Origin: Balanoglossus misakiensis
Lineage: Eukaryota > Animalia > Hemichordata
Length of the DNA stretch: 64,000 bases
NCBI GenBank assembly: GCA_040954595.2
Contig: CM082595.2
Span: forward strand, 4,201,943-4,265,942
Reading direction: 5' to 3'
This document shows, one piece after another, positions 51,101-64,000 of this stretch. Positions within the stretch are counted from its first letter, which is position 1. Each line of letters starts with the position of its first letter. The notes under the pieces were generated by a model that was given only the letters and a program-made list of their open reading frames with translations, was not told where the DNA came from and made no database searches. The position numbers were made by a program, and so were the translations under genes.

Positions 51101-54100
51101 TGGAAATACAGTTATAAAAAGAAGCATATTTCATCTGCCCGTTACCCTGGTATGTTAATCGATCCATGTATTTGGAAATCGCCTATGCACAGCGCTGTAA
51201 TGCCATTATATTTCCATCACCAGGAGGGGGCATTGTGTTTATTTGGATCCATCCTATTAGAGGCTGCTGTGTTGATAGACCACCTGCAAAACTCTGCAGC
51301 TTAGCAAAACAAATTCCTGTTGTATGTGCCACTCATTTACCAGGTCCCACAAAAAACATGAACTGTAGATTCTCCAACTCGACGGACAAGCTTCATGCAT
51401 GGTGTTGGCTTTAATCCAACCCTCGCATAATGCTGGGAATTTTTTTGACCCTGCCGCGATTCTCTTCGTCCAATAAATGATATTTCCAAAGATGGCAACT
51501 TCTGCAGCACACAAATTGTAGCTCTTCTGAATGCAATGCAAACAACCAAAGCTGGATATTCCATTTGATTACCTTCTTCATTATGCCATATAAATGTAAA
51601 CACAAATTCAATTGAAAAACCTACGTACATTTTAAGTTTACCAAGGCAAATTCTGTTTCCCTATTAACGACATTTTGTGATAAATCAAGGGATACAAAGG
51701 CCATGGCTTTGATGAGCATATTAGCATGTCTGTGCCAACACTCTACGATATTTTGATTTGTTTGTGTTTGGAAATTGGCCAAAATAACAAAAGACTGGCA
51801 GCTGTGTATATATTTTCAGAAAATGCATTAAACTGTTTGGTTTATATTTAGCCAATTTTACAGGGTCAGATTCCTTTTGATTTATCAATGACAGACATGC
51901 CCACCATATTTGCCTTCACATCAGAGCAAGCTTTCCTGTGTGCGAAAACGTAATTGAAGCCAATTATCTCATCCTTCTTACGCAAGGATCTGCATTGCAT
52001 GAAGTTTTCATTAACAATTAAGCATGATTTAGATGGCTTTGATAAAATGGCATTAAGACATATTCCATCAATCAATCACGTTTTATTTAAATTAGGTACA
52101 ATAGTGTTTATATTCTAAATCACGAATGTGAAGCAACTTTGACAATGTCTATGCATAATAACCAATATCTGTAAAGATGTATTTCAAATAGCGAATTGAA
52201 ATCAAGTGTTCCGATTTACAGTACAAAACTAAGTGCGCAACTATATTCAGTTTATTGCGAATGTTTAATATTTAATGATAAATCTGTTCCGTAAGTTTCA
52301 AATAATGAGTTTAGCTCCACGCGTTTAACCCTTCAGTGGCACTTGCGTTGTTCAGTTCAAATCTCGAGGAGCAATCACAAAGCAATCTCGAGGCAGTATT
52401 CTTAGCAAAGATGGCCATTTGTCATTTGCATCTAGGGCAGCAGAAATCCTTCTGAACTCGGCAGACTTAGTTGCTAAGCAGCCACTGCTAGAATGCATGG
52501 TTATTCACGTGTATCTAAAACACTTGAAACACCATCAAGTTGTATCATTTGCATACGCTTATATCAATTGCCGTTCAGTTCAGTTCAGTTCATCAACCCG
52601 ATGAGCTCCATTGACGGTGATATGTGAACTTTCTTTGATGTCTTCAGGGACACTTTGTCTTATTCAGTCAAAATTTAGTAAAGAAATAATTTGAACAAAA
52701 TTAAGCGATTTGAAGAAGGAAGAAAGCTTCTTATATGATGTAACGGTTAACCTGTCATTTTGGACCATACGTTGCAATTTAAAACACTTTTAAATCATTT
52801 TAAATCTGAGTGACCCCACACCTGTTAAGCTTTCCATCACGAAGCTGTGTTATCAGCTGTTTTTTTTATATAAACAGGTTTACAAATCCGACAAAAGTGC
52901 CAATCAATGTCACCAACATTTGTAGTAATCTGACTTTATAAGTCTTTTCTAGTGTTCTTTGTGCCAAATGTCAAAGTTGCAACAGTCGGTCGGACAGACA
53001 AGCACCTCTTTGATATAGAATACGGTCGCAGATGAAATGAATAATAATAAATAATCACACTATATTCAATATATATGCAGATGTCTGTTGGCGCGTTTTT
53101 ATTCATTGACTAGTGCTTTTGCATTTTCTGAGTCAATGGATTCTTTGTCCAAATTTACTGAATCGAGACAACGTGTCCTATATCGATTGATGGGGAGACG
53201 AGAAGTCGGCCATCATTTAAAGCGCGATAAATGTATTGTAAGAAAAACGAATTCTTACTTTAAATTACATATGACAGAATTAAAAACAACAGGTACACTA
53301 GTGACACTTGATCAAGTAATGCATTAGATGCTAGCAGAAACAATGGCAAATGAGACCGTATTGAGGACGCTGACCGTATTTAGTAAAATCTATGGAATGT
53401 AATATTGTACTTCACAAAAGACATTCTCGGCGACAGGTGATGGCTGAATCAACCTAATCCAACACCCAAGTTGTTAATCATTGAAAAGTGTATTGTATGA
53501 ATGTGACCAGAAAGGGTAATCCGATTTTGAAAATGCAATACAGTTGAGAAAGAAAAAAAATCTGAGAGAGACCTACATTTTGTCAAAGCCTTAAAGCATG
53601 GGGACTTCAGCAAAAAATGCTTCCAATGCGATCAAGTCAATTTGTCAAAACTTGGGAACGACTGGTTAGCTGGGGAGTGATATAGATAAGGGATTTTCCG
53701 CTAATTCCGAGATCTTGCAAGACTATGTTCATAACAGAAGCAACATGTTGGTACCCAACAGATACAAGTCAAGCTTTTTTATGAAACTAGAATAGATGCA
53801 GAGTTTAACAAAAATATAGAACTTTGTGCCATTTAACACAATATACAACATGTATGTGTTGTTAGTTCTGTGTAATATGAGAATGTGTTAACTGCCAATA
53901 GCCACGCCAGATTTCACAGGGTCTTATGGATACAAGTTCAGATAATCGTCTATTATAATCGCCATGTTCCAAAAGATTCAGAGATAAATCCGGATTTTTT
54001 CAATAGATGGATTACAGCATGACACATTTCCAGATTCCTCACCACGAATAAGTTACACGATTTATGACACTGCAAAAGTAAAACGTCATCTCATGATGTC

Positions 54101-57100
54101 ATTGATATGAATGCATTTTTATTTGACACTCGTTTGAAGACAGATAACTGTAAAATTACGGTTGTGAGTTAGATGTGGGCATGCAATCGGTCACACTAAT
54201 GATAATGTCATGCATTATTGAAGGTAGTGACCTTTGAAATAAACAGTGTACAACCTTGTTATTCGATGAGAAGATTAATTTGGAAAGGTTTCAATAGCCA
54301 ACACCTGAGTTCATGACAATTTGGTGTTTTACTGGTAGTGTCAATGGTCGTGAAGGTCTGCTCTCTGGTGTATTATTTAAATAACGAAAAGGACCGGAAA
54401 TTATCTTCCCGAGCGCTAGAGTCAAACACCTGATGCGCACTGGGTTGTCGGAAGTGTCCATGACAATAGATAGGGCTGATTTTAGTTTGATAAATCGAGA
54501 CACACTGCCTGCGATTGATGTAGGATACGGAGAAAGCCCCAAGAATAGGACAAGCATTTTCCGCACTAAAATATTGAGCAAGTGTCTGTCTACGTGCACT
54601 TGTAAAGATCCTCTGGACAGATATCAATTACGAAGAGTAAACAAGACCACTAGTTAAACACTTAGTCCTTAATTTTACATGCACATACTTTCGTCATCAG
54701 ATTTAATTTCATGCTCGCATGACCATTGTAATTCAGTGGCCGTGCTCAGCCAGCACCGAGCGACAGACCTCCGGAGTATAATGCCCAATAAAGAAGTACT
54801 GAGATGTGCGTTTGTTTACTTAAAAGTCACAGCACTGAACGCTTTATCTGTGCCATAAGACATTAATGAGAGATAAGATGTTATCAGCCAAAATGTGCAC
54901 TCTGCATGTAGAAGGGATACATACTGGACATGAATATGCACTCCTGAGACAAGGAACAAAAACTGTTCTCGCAGAACAACCAATTTGACATTACTTAGCA
55001 GAGGGCAGACTTTAGCACAGGCATTCACGGCCATTGACACTTCCAGTAAAAACCCAAAATAGTCAAACATAAACTTGTGTGTGTGTAATTCAACAAATAA
55101 TTTTGGAACGTTACTTAGCATTGGACGGACTCTTACTTGAGACGAGGCCTCTGTAAACACTGGGGCACTTATTTAAAATGGATTCCTGTTAGGAATTAAA
55201 TTGAAAAGGAGTCACGAGCTGCATCCAAATTGCATATTACATCAGTTTTACGCTAACTATCGGCTTGTGGGTTGAATTTCATAAACCATCGGCTGGCAAA
55301 TTTGTATAAAACGCAAAGCATTTGGCCAACAACAGTTTTCTAAGACTATAAAAAATCTTATCACCGTCTTCTTTGTCTGTTATTATACCGGTACATCTAT
55401 ATCACAAGAAGCCATCATCAGCAAGCCTGTTTGACAGCCGCAATTTTGATAGCCAATTCCTGCGTGTTTATGACTTGCTAATGGAAGGTTTTATATTCAC
55501 CCATATAAAAATACTGCGCAGCGGAGAATCGCTCAAAGATTGTGCAACTAAGAGCCTTCACACGTGTACAAAGATCACATAAACATATCTTATCACAGAG
55601 AGTTCCGGCTCCTAGTCGATCATTACGTCTTGTGTCATATTCGGGCCTGTTAGTGTTCTAGTAGTGTACAATATGTGTTCCAGGATAGACAAAAAGGTGT
55701 CTGCAATGTAACGTGATAAGTGGGTGTTTTGAGAGGAAGAGAATTAGTCCCTGTAGTAATAAAAGTGCAATATTCACCACAGTTTATGCAAATGACTTAC
55801 ATGACATGATCACAATGCAGGCACCAGCAATTTGCTAGTGTGCATGGCGAAAATGTTAAGTATGTTTGGAATTCACGCATTAATTAGCGGACATGATTTG
55901 ATGCTGACTTACTATATTAATAAGCTATGCAAATCCCATTAGTATGCAAAATAGTTTGTCAGCTAAGTTCAACGTTCGGCAGCCTATATTGTTCAGAGAA
56001 CGATAAGATAACATATGAAGACTTAAGTGTGTAGTCAATACCGCAGAGGTTGTATGACAATCAAAACGTCCGACATGCAATATTTAATATGTCTTAATTT
56101 GAATGTAATAACTTCAATGCACCTAGATATAACTCTTGGGACGCCCTTTCCTTTAGTACTCTGTATAATCAATCACATTTGACTGTCTCATGGGGGATGT
56201 ACAGCTAATTGATGAAACAACTATGACATTGTCCAGTAACGCTCTCACAAAACCTGACTAAGAGCGTATTACTTATTTATTATAACAGCGAGACTTCATT
56301 ACAGTGATGCAAACTTTACTATAGTATAGTATCAGTCAATGTCATGTCAAAGATTCCGATACCAAAGAGACTAAAATAATTCTGTTCTTGTAGTATTATT
56401 CAAAGCGTCAAAGAAATCAGTCGATATGAAACATCTAGAGCGACCTTCCTAAAGTTTATAGGCTTAAAAAAACAGGAAACATTACAGAAACTCTCCAAAC
56501 ATATCCTTTTTTGTAATCACTCTGGAGTTCAATAATCATGAATGAAGGTTCTGAAACACAAATGATTTATACACAAAGGAATGCTTTTCAAAAATACAAA
56601 CGAGATGTGAATATGCCTGCGACAGCATGTGTTGCAACAGAAGCATATTTAGGTAATGTAAGTTGGCAGTATGGTTTTCCAATGGGGAATTAATGTACAG
56701 AAAACCGCAAAGAAAACATTATTCATTATGAGACTCAGGAATTTAAACAAAATCACCTTTCTAAAACAGTCACAAGGTCAAAAGGCAATGTTCATAAAAA
56801 CTGACTGAAGTACGTAAAAGTAGCTGTATTTATAGATCGTTTTATATAACGTGAGCCAGTTCTTCGGAATTTTAATGTGTTAAAATGTCCGGCCTGTTTG
56901 ACTACTTCCTTCATTTCCTCCCGTAGCAAATTGCAATATACTAAAGAACGGTTACATGGTCGGTAACCCTGAATGTGCTTGATAAACACAGGAGTGAATT
57001 ACTGAGAATAATTTCTCATGCTAAAATACCTAGGCATTCTCTCGCCCAGCTATTGCCTCAGCACCATTTTGTATTTCATTCTCTCATAATGAAATCGACT

Positions 57101-59779
57101 AAACACTGCACCTTTTACAGCTTGAAAGCACCAGTACCACAAATCTACCAATGAATTGTGCAGTAATATCACGCGAAGTCAGTTTTATTGAATTGTGAAT
57201 TAGATGAGTTCGCCAGCAAGATGAACCTTTGTTGTTTATGCTTTCCGGGCATGTCATTTAAACATCATACCGATGTCAATTTCAGCTAAATTAATACATT
57301 CAGAGCTTAGCAATGGAAAACAATATCAGTACCATACCCCATCTGCACACAGATTAGCCCCAAATATAGGTTTCTGGTAATGTCAACAAAAATATGCAAA
57401 AGGGTAAAAAAACATGTCACACATACGAGTATGAATTGATCATTTTTAAATTAGCGTAATGAGGGCTATCCAATACAAGGTTTGTTCCTTGTGTAGGTCG
57501 TTGTTCACACTTGGCCAATCAAGTGTTACTTATTAGCTTAGTTGGTGTCAGAAAGTAATTTTCATGCGTGCCAAAATTTAATAATGCCATTCTGAATAAA
57601 TTAAACCGTCGACCTATGATCATGGCAGATAAGAGATAATTCAAGTGACTATAGTGTATCAGGTGAATGACACCAACTATTGTGAAAATTAAATGTCTAC
57701 AAGACAACAGTCCATAATATTTACTAGTCTATGTCGCCGGGAACATTTGACGAAAATGTAATGCAGTCACACTTTGCACTGTTCCTGTGGTGGCAACATT
57801 GATGGACATCAGCGTCCGTCCCGACAAACTTCTCCAGACAGTCAGCATGTATGGCCCAGAGTGTACACAGGTCGTTTTCTCGCATTATCGACGCTAGGCA
57901 TCAATTATGCATGACCAGTGAGCGGCCTCTCTTTTTACGTTCTACCAACTGAAGCGTAGCGTTTTGTCGGATTAACACCTTCCAGCGAGGAAAGAATGAG
58001 TAATGTTATGTGCATGAGGTCTTAGGGCGATTGAACACCTGAAAATATCTTTTATCTGTGAGTGTATATTATTTCGATGTTTAGCAAGTTAATGCTTGTA
58101 TACCTGGCTACTAACATTGCGTCCATATGCTCTTCACATCTTTATCTGCCAAATCCAACAACGCCAGTGTACTAAATTGAAAGTTCGATGACTAACTGAT
58201 ATCCATGCACACCATCGTCCTAAGCCCACAACACTATAACATTAGTTTTAAGGGGGTTGTCTCATCTGCGCCCGCGGGTATAGGTCCAATACAGCAAACA
58301 ATGTGGTTGTTACTTTGTTTTTGCACTGTATACATCATAATGCGTGCTACTTTACATTGTAACATATATTCATTAGCAGTAACAGTGGGCACAAATATGG
58401 TGTGCATGTTTATAAATAGAAAGGTCACTCATGTGGAGTTCAGACGTCACTCCCCCTTTAACTGGTACAGCATTGTCCCAGTCCTTAGCCGTCAGGCATT
58501 CTCCGTCTGAAATACACGTCTGGCATGGTGACTAATGGCAACACATAACCGTGTCCAGGTAAATTTAAAGAAACGTTTTATTGAATTAGTGGCGAGCTTG
58601 CTTATTACCGAGGCTAGGATACTTTTAATGCAGCTGTGCGTGTGTAGATAGGCTTATTTTGTTTATACACACCTTTGGCGCGTTTGAAGCCTCTCTTGCC
58701 ATATTGGTGACATCTCAATTTTGACATTTGCAGCACGCACCGAAGCTCAATTATAAACCGCGAGTGATGACATTTTCCCATTTGAGGAATATGGTTCACA
58801 TACTGCTCTTTCGAATATTTCTTCCATTCATCCTTGTCAAGGTGTATTCATCGATTTTCCGTGCGAAGCTAGGTGGGAAAGGATTGCTGAGCTGGAAAGA
58901 TTTCCCGATAATACCCTAGTTGTGTCATTATGTGCATGCGTAATATCGTCTACTTGGGGATGTCCCGTGAAAATAGTGGAACCCCACAGCTCGAACTGTT
59001 ATCAAAATATAAGGGGTTTCACTATCGGCAAAATAATATCAAATTAGGTGACTTCCGGCCACTGGAAGGCATATTAGATCACAGCCTAGCAGCAACAGGG
59101 ACAAAAGCTATCTACAAGATTTAACTAATAGTCTTAAGAAGTAAATTCTCTTTTGATAATCTCTCTAGTAAGAGATTATGATGCAGGATTTTCTCAGGGG
59201 CAGGTGTTGTACATGGTACTAAAATACAGGGGAGAGTTACCTAGATTCTTAGGCAATAATACAGTCACTGAATAAAGTATACCGGTAGGTGTACATTTCT
59301 GCATACCATCAGCTCAGGTAAAACACTTATGTGTGTAACGACGTCGTCTACTGCAAAGTATTACCTGATGCTTATCCTGTTTCAGCGTAATTTGAAGTGG
59401 TGCAGAAGACATTCCTTTGCGAAGAAGAAACTGATATTACATGTACAATGACTTTTGTGTGGTTATCGAATACGGCATATTGTCACGTTACGTGTCTACC
59501 CATGCCAGGGGACCGCATTGGCCTTTCAACCATTTGTATTGTACTGTATCATCGACAAATTGAACCATAATTACAAGATAACCTCTACTGAAGTGCGTCA
59601 ACCCTAGGCGATGTCTGACGGAACAGGTGGAGTACAGCTATACCTCAAAGCAAAAACAAGGAGACAATTTCTCTGTTGATAATGATAAAGTATTAGGTAT
59701 ATGAACTCACCTCGGTTTTGGTGCAGTTACAGTAAAACAACGGCAGACGGGTGTTTGACTACCCAAGCGTGCATGCCAA

Positions 59780-60015
59780 CAGGTTACTAAGCCGACGCCG
59801 CGAGTTTTTTTCTCAAAGCAGGCCGAAATATCCCGAATCATCAATGGCAACTTTGCGACGTCGTCAGTACAAGGCAGTCAATTAAGATCATGTCTCCGAA
59901 GTCCAAATTCAAATTAAAATGCGCACCGCATCATTGGTTACCTTGGAATTGCACATTATCAATCATCAAGCCTTCCCACTGATATTGTCGCGCGCTCTCA
60001 CGTGATTGGTCGAAT
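59780..60015. promoter_or_regulatory. Candidate promoter or enhancer (CpG-rich, two ATTGG boxes, CACGTG E-box)
   Basis: cgcgcgctctCACGTGATTGG near 60000, ATTGG at ~59934, and raised CpG density. Confidence 0.3.
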
Positions 60016-63000
60016 TCCAACAGCAATGTCATGTAATCTGCTTAGAACGCAATGTTTCGGAAAATATTTCATGATATTGAATGACATTACAATTCCTGAA
60101 AGACAATTTTTTTTTAATATTGCAGACTCGCGATTTGATAACTCTACAGAATAATCTAATAATATTGGATTGCTGTTTTATATCAATATCAAATGGTGCA
60201 TTGTCATAATTTATTCCCCACAATAAATATATGAATAATTAGTTAATTAAACAGGACAGCATGCTGCTCTTTAAAGCGACGCCGCTGCTCCCTCCGGGAA
60301 TGTCTCGAATCTCCATACACAACGTTCACTAATTGCGATGTATTAGCATCATGATAAAAATAGGCGTCACATTTGTTCTACTTCACCCGTTCAAAAGATT
60401 CTTGTTCCAAACATTTCCAACAAATCTATGTTATTAAGTTGCTGGTTCATTATACTTTATCATGGCCTTTATATCTTTATTTCAAAAAAGGTACCGCGGT
60501 CACAGACGTCAGGTTAGGAACGACATCACACGTACTATACTTTGAGATAATTACAACTTTCACTAAAATTACCAAGCTCAGTCCTCATTCTAGTGGCACA
60601 GCCGTTCAGGTTTGGCCTCTCGTTGTTTGAGGTTTATTTCTGAATGTAATTTGAATTGATTAATCTGTCTGCTGAATATTCATCAAATAAATGAAGTGAC
60701 GTGTCATGTCGTCATAACTACAACAGGGGTGATGTGACGTCAGAGAGGTTGCATCCATCAGCAACAGTGTTTTGAAACAATTTACACAACGGAAGGCCAT
60801 TTTATGAAACCAATAAATCAACATGAACTGCCCATGAACCAATTACGGCTCTGTGATAACCTAGCTATATCTACCACCTATTATGTTGGACCATATTAGG
60901 TGGTACCAGTGACCCAAGGCTGGTGCAAATAAAGTGGTGTATTTCATCGCTTTGTTGGTTAGAGCAAACTTTCAAGCATGAACACGGTTTCTTTTCTGAA
61001 CAAAAACACCCTGGATATTATCAGTTGGTTGCCCCAGTGGTGGTATTCTCAAGGAAAATGTGTATCGATGCGTGTTTTGAAATCTCAGAGAAAGGGATAG
61101 TGTTTGTTCATCGCCACGGGCCGTGAAAACAAAACAAATTGGTACACCTTCGAGAAAAAAACAGCTCTGTGTAAAAGGATTAGAATACAAGCCAGAGACC
61201 CAAACCTCACTAAAACTTTTATTGTCCTGTTTTAAGAACTTTTTTTTCAAAACGAGACTACTGAATCCAGATCAGTATTTCCCCCTGTGATAAGATTATC
61301 TCCCCCAAAGCCTGTAAAGCAACGACAATAGACAACGCTGGTGTGTAAATAATTGAAAATAACACCAGTGATCTGTTCAGTGTTGACCTGAGTGTAACTG
61401 TTTTGTACCAATTGTCACTAGAGGGGTGTCATTTTGTTGAAAAAATGGATTAGCTTGAAAGTTTGCTGAACGACCATGGTTGCCCATTCCCCCGGGAAAG
61501 TGCCATCACCAGGGAGACGGCAGCACTGACATGGAGATAAGGGGACAGTAAAACACGGGGCAACTTTCATCTCACGATTCTAAATAACTGCCAACAGCCA
61601 CGTCGAAAAATCCCTGGTCTTGACACCCGCGGGCTCAACAACAGTTAAATGCGTTGTGTTGTTTGTATAAATCTCGGGATACGAATTATTCATGCGGGGA
61701 TATGAATTTAACTTGGGCGGCGATTAACGAATACAAAGAGAATTGTTTCAGGCCTATAATCTGCTTTTGAGCCTTCAAAAATTCATGACCATTCAATGAT
61801 AGGGCAATCGCCGCTGTGTTTTGAGGTTCTGACGCAAACACAGTCATAAATATAGCATAATTACATGCAATGAAAAAAGGTTGCCAGGTCGATGTCATGA
61901 CCTATGACCCTTGTCCATGGTTACGCCAAAGGGACTATGAGGAACGTACTGTAGCCAGTAAGCAGCCTTATGCTACATGTGTGAACAGCGGGTGGCATTA
62001 AATAAAATGAGATTGTAATCAGTTATTTTTAACAAACAACAGGTAGTCATAATGTTTTCAATGGTCCGCATTACATCCACGTCGACAGCATTTAATCAGA
62101 CTACCCACTGCATGTACTTTGTTTGCTACCCACGGGGAAAAACGTAAACAGCCTTACATAGAGTGAAATGTTTATTTTTGTAGGTCATGGTAAACATGCA
62201 TTTGTTTGTTCTGATGGTGTTTTAGTATGTATTTACACTTCCATAGGTAATGTGATATTTTCTCTTAGACTGTTGGAATGAATGAATAAACTTGGGTGTA
62301 GCTACATGTTTAAGCATGAAGGTAGTAAGTTGTTGACAGACATCTCCTAACACAGAATGTGTTGCAATTTTTCATCAATAAAAACAAGATAATTGATTAT
62401 TAAAATTCAGTGCTACCAGATATAAATAAATGTGTAGATAATACTGGTACTTTTTTGAATGCACCCTAACGTGGTGTTGTCATGCATACAAAATAGTCTT
62501 GGTTGCCACGATTCCAATAACATTGGAAGTTGGCAAGACTTAGAAATTGATTCAAGTCGCATCGTGAAAAAAAATTAATCTCACAGATTCAGGAAAGGGT
62601 TACACTTACGTCAGCCCAGAAAACCCGCCTTTTTCATTACAGTGGTGCGATTCTGATTATTCGGATGATTAAGGTTAGTTTCAAATCCTCGCTGTCTTGT
62701 GACGTCACTCTGTTTTTTGAAGACAGAATAAAAACCATTTCAAGGATTACTGATATCTTCACGCGAATACATCGGCAGATATCTCAGGCACAATCTTGAA
62801 TTGTGTCAGAGAAAAGTACTTCTGTAATGTTTTGAGACACTTGCATTTTTTCCCCGGTTTAAAACATACCTGCAATGACCATCGCTTTAGGATACACCAC
62901 TGCTTTTCCTTGGGTTGGTGTTTTTTAATGACCTCAAAGTCTCTCCGAGTAACTTGATGCGACAAACTGAAGTCTGTAAGATCAGCTCATGCATTAAACA

Positions 63001-63259
63001 ATGTAAAACGAACTAACCCACGAGTAGTAGTCTCAGCTGGGACCTGTACAGGTGAAAGTGGCAATTGACAACAGGTTGCCCAGGTTACGTACATTTACCC
63101 CTCGGTGGTTACAATTGTGAAGATTTGTGTCTACGGAGTAAATTCACAATACCCGTTCTGTCTGCACTGATGGTACAATAGATGTGCAATGAATCGTTAC
63201 TTTCTTCTATTTGCCTCCGTTCTGTAAACACAAATGGTTATAGGCAGGGGACATTTGTG

Positions 63260-63344
63260 GCCTTTCATCACGATGGTTTAGCCCAAATCTACTATATTCT
63301 ATGGTAAAGTTGGACCGGTATAAAGGAAAGCAGGGGTGAAAGGG
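63260..63344 (-). mobile_element. ~87-bp piggyBac-type MITE, copy 2 (inverted, diverged)
   Basis: Ends in caggggtgaaaggg|TTAA. Internal sequence aligns by eye to the reverse complement of 44905-44991. Confidence 0.75.
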
Positions 63345-63773
63345 TTAACTGCTGGAGCCTGTAATGGTTGTGAGGCGGACTGTAGATACATGGACGTTAC
63401 GATATTGCGACAGTATCCACGACAACCAAGTGATCACCTAGGTGCCTCTGAGGTTTATTGTTCGACCGACCCTCTTATAGCTGTCACGACAAAACACCAT
63501 TGTTTTTGACTGGGTCATTTGCTTCTCCAAACAATCAGCCCTCTACGGCAGGATTGGTACGTGGTCGTAGCAATCATGGCTATTAAAGTGAACTTGTATT
63601 CATGTATTAAAGGAAGATAGCTAAACAATTTGCTATTTTAGTAACTTAATTCATCCAGTCGATCAACCCTTCTATTTTTAATTTCACCGAAAGTGGGTAA
63701 ATGATGTTGCCACTATTGGTATATGGAGACCCATCTCTAAGAATTTGTTTGTATTTATGTTTCTGTTTGCCAG

Positions 63774-63900
63774 ATGATTTGGCACCTGTATTGGAATCCC
63801 TTCCAGATACTCATATATAACTAGTTTATCCTGGATGAAGTTCTCTGCACAGTGGACCCATGTTTCTCCTGAGTTTGATCCCTCGGCCTCTATTTTCAAA
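63774..63900 (+). other. Candidate plus-strand exon (5' UTR or first coding exon of a gene running out of the window)
   Basis: Acceptor ttatgtttctgtttgccag| and donor AAA|gtaagt. No frame is open across the whole exon, but internal ATGs read through to the donor. Confidence 0.3.
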
Positions 63901-64000
63901 GTAAGTCATGTATATTTATGTGTTGTGTGCAGTTTCAAACCGAGTCCTGTAAAGAAAGACAAGCTCAGAAAACATTTACTGGGTCAGCATTACATATAGG

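Noticed and set aside
54745-54770. RE1/NRSE-like CAGCACCgagcGACAG upstream of the iGluR
   Set aside because: Spacing and right half-site deviate from the consensus.
62442-62468. Tc1/mariner-like TIR end (ttttttgaatgcacccta)
   Set aside because: No partner TIR or transposase remnant found.
1-64000. CRISPR arrays, rRNA, tRNA, conserved miRNAs (miR-1, -7, -9, -92 and -124 seed-like matches) and the remaining short ORFs
   Set aside because: No repeat-spacer structure or RNA-gene fold was seen. miRNA matches stop shortly after the seed. The short ORFs lack motifs and splice support or are translated microsatellites.

Overview
AT-rich eukaryotic (metazoan) genomic DNA with GT-AG introns and (TACA)n microsatellites; gene content suggests a marine invertebrate deuterostome (inference only). 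I assembled all gene models by hand from splice sites and reading frame. (1) A 7-exon minus-strand TNF-receptor-superfamily gene (12289->8356, ~430 aa). Its cytoplasmic tail ends in a CARD-like domain rather than a death domain, and both CARD exons are absent from the ORF track. This is the most unusual system in the window. (2) A 14-exon minus-strand ionotropic glutamate receptor-family gene (48174->15342, ~978 aa). It has a non-glutamate-type binding pocket, an NYTANLAAF gate, and a 16/17-bp exonic inverted repeat covering the Q/R-site codon. (3) A complete 3.4-kb piggyBac transposon (TTAA target duplication, 16-bp TIRs, 760-aa DDD transposase) inserted antisense in intron 2 of that gene, plus two copies of an unrelated ~87-bp TTAA MITE. 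(4) Weaker candidates: a small spliced gene possibly encoding a secreted peptide (5939->2977) and a plus-strand exon at the right edge. The stretch 48.6-63.7 kb looks non-coding. Most short ORFs in the track appear spurious.
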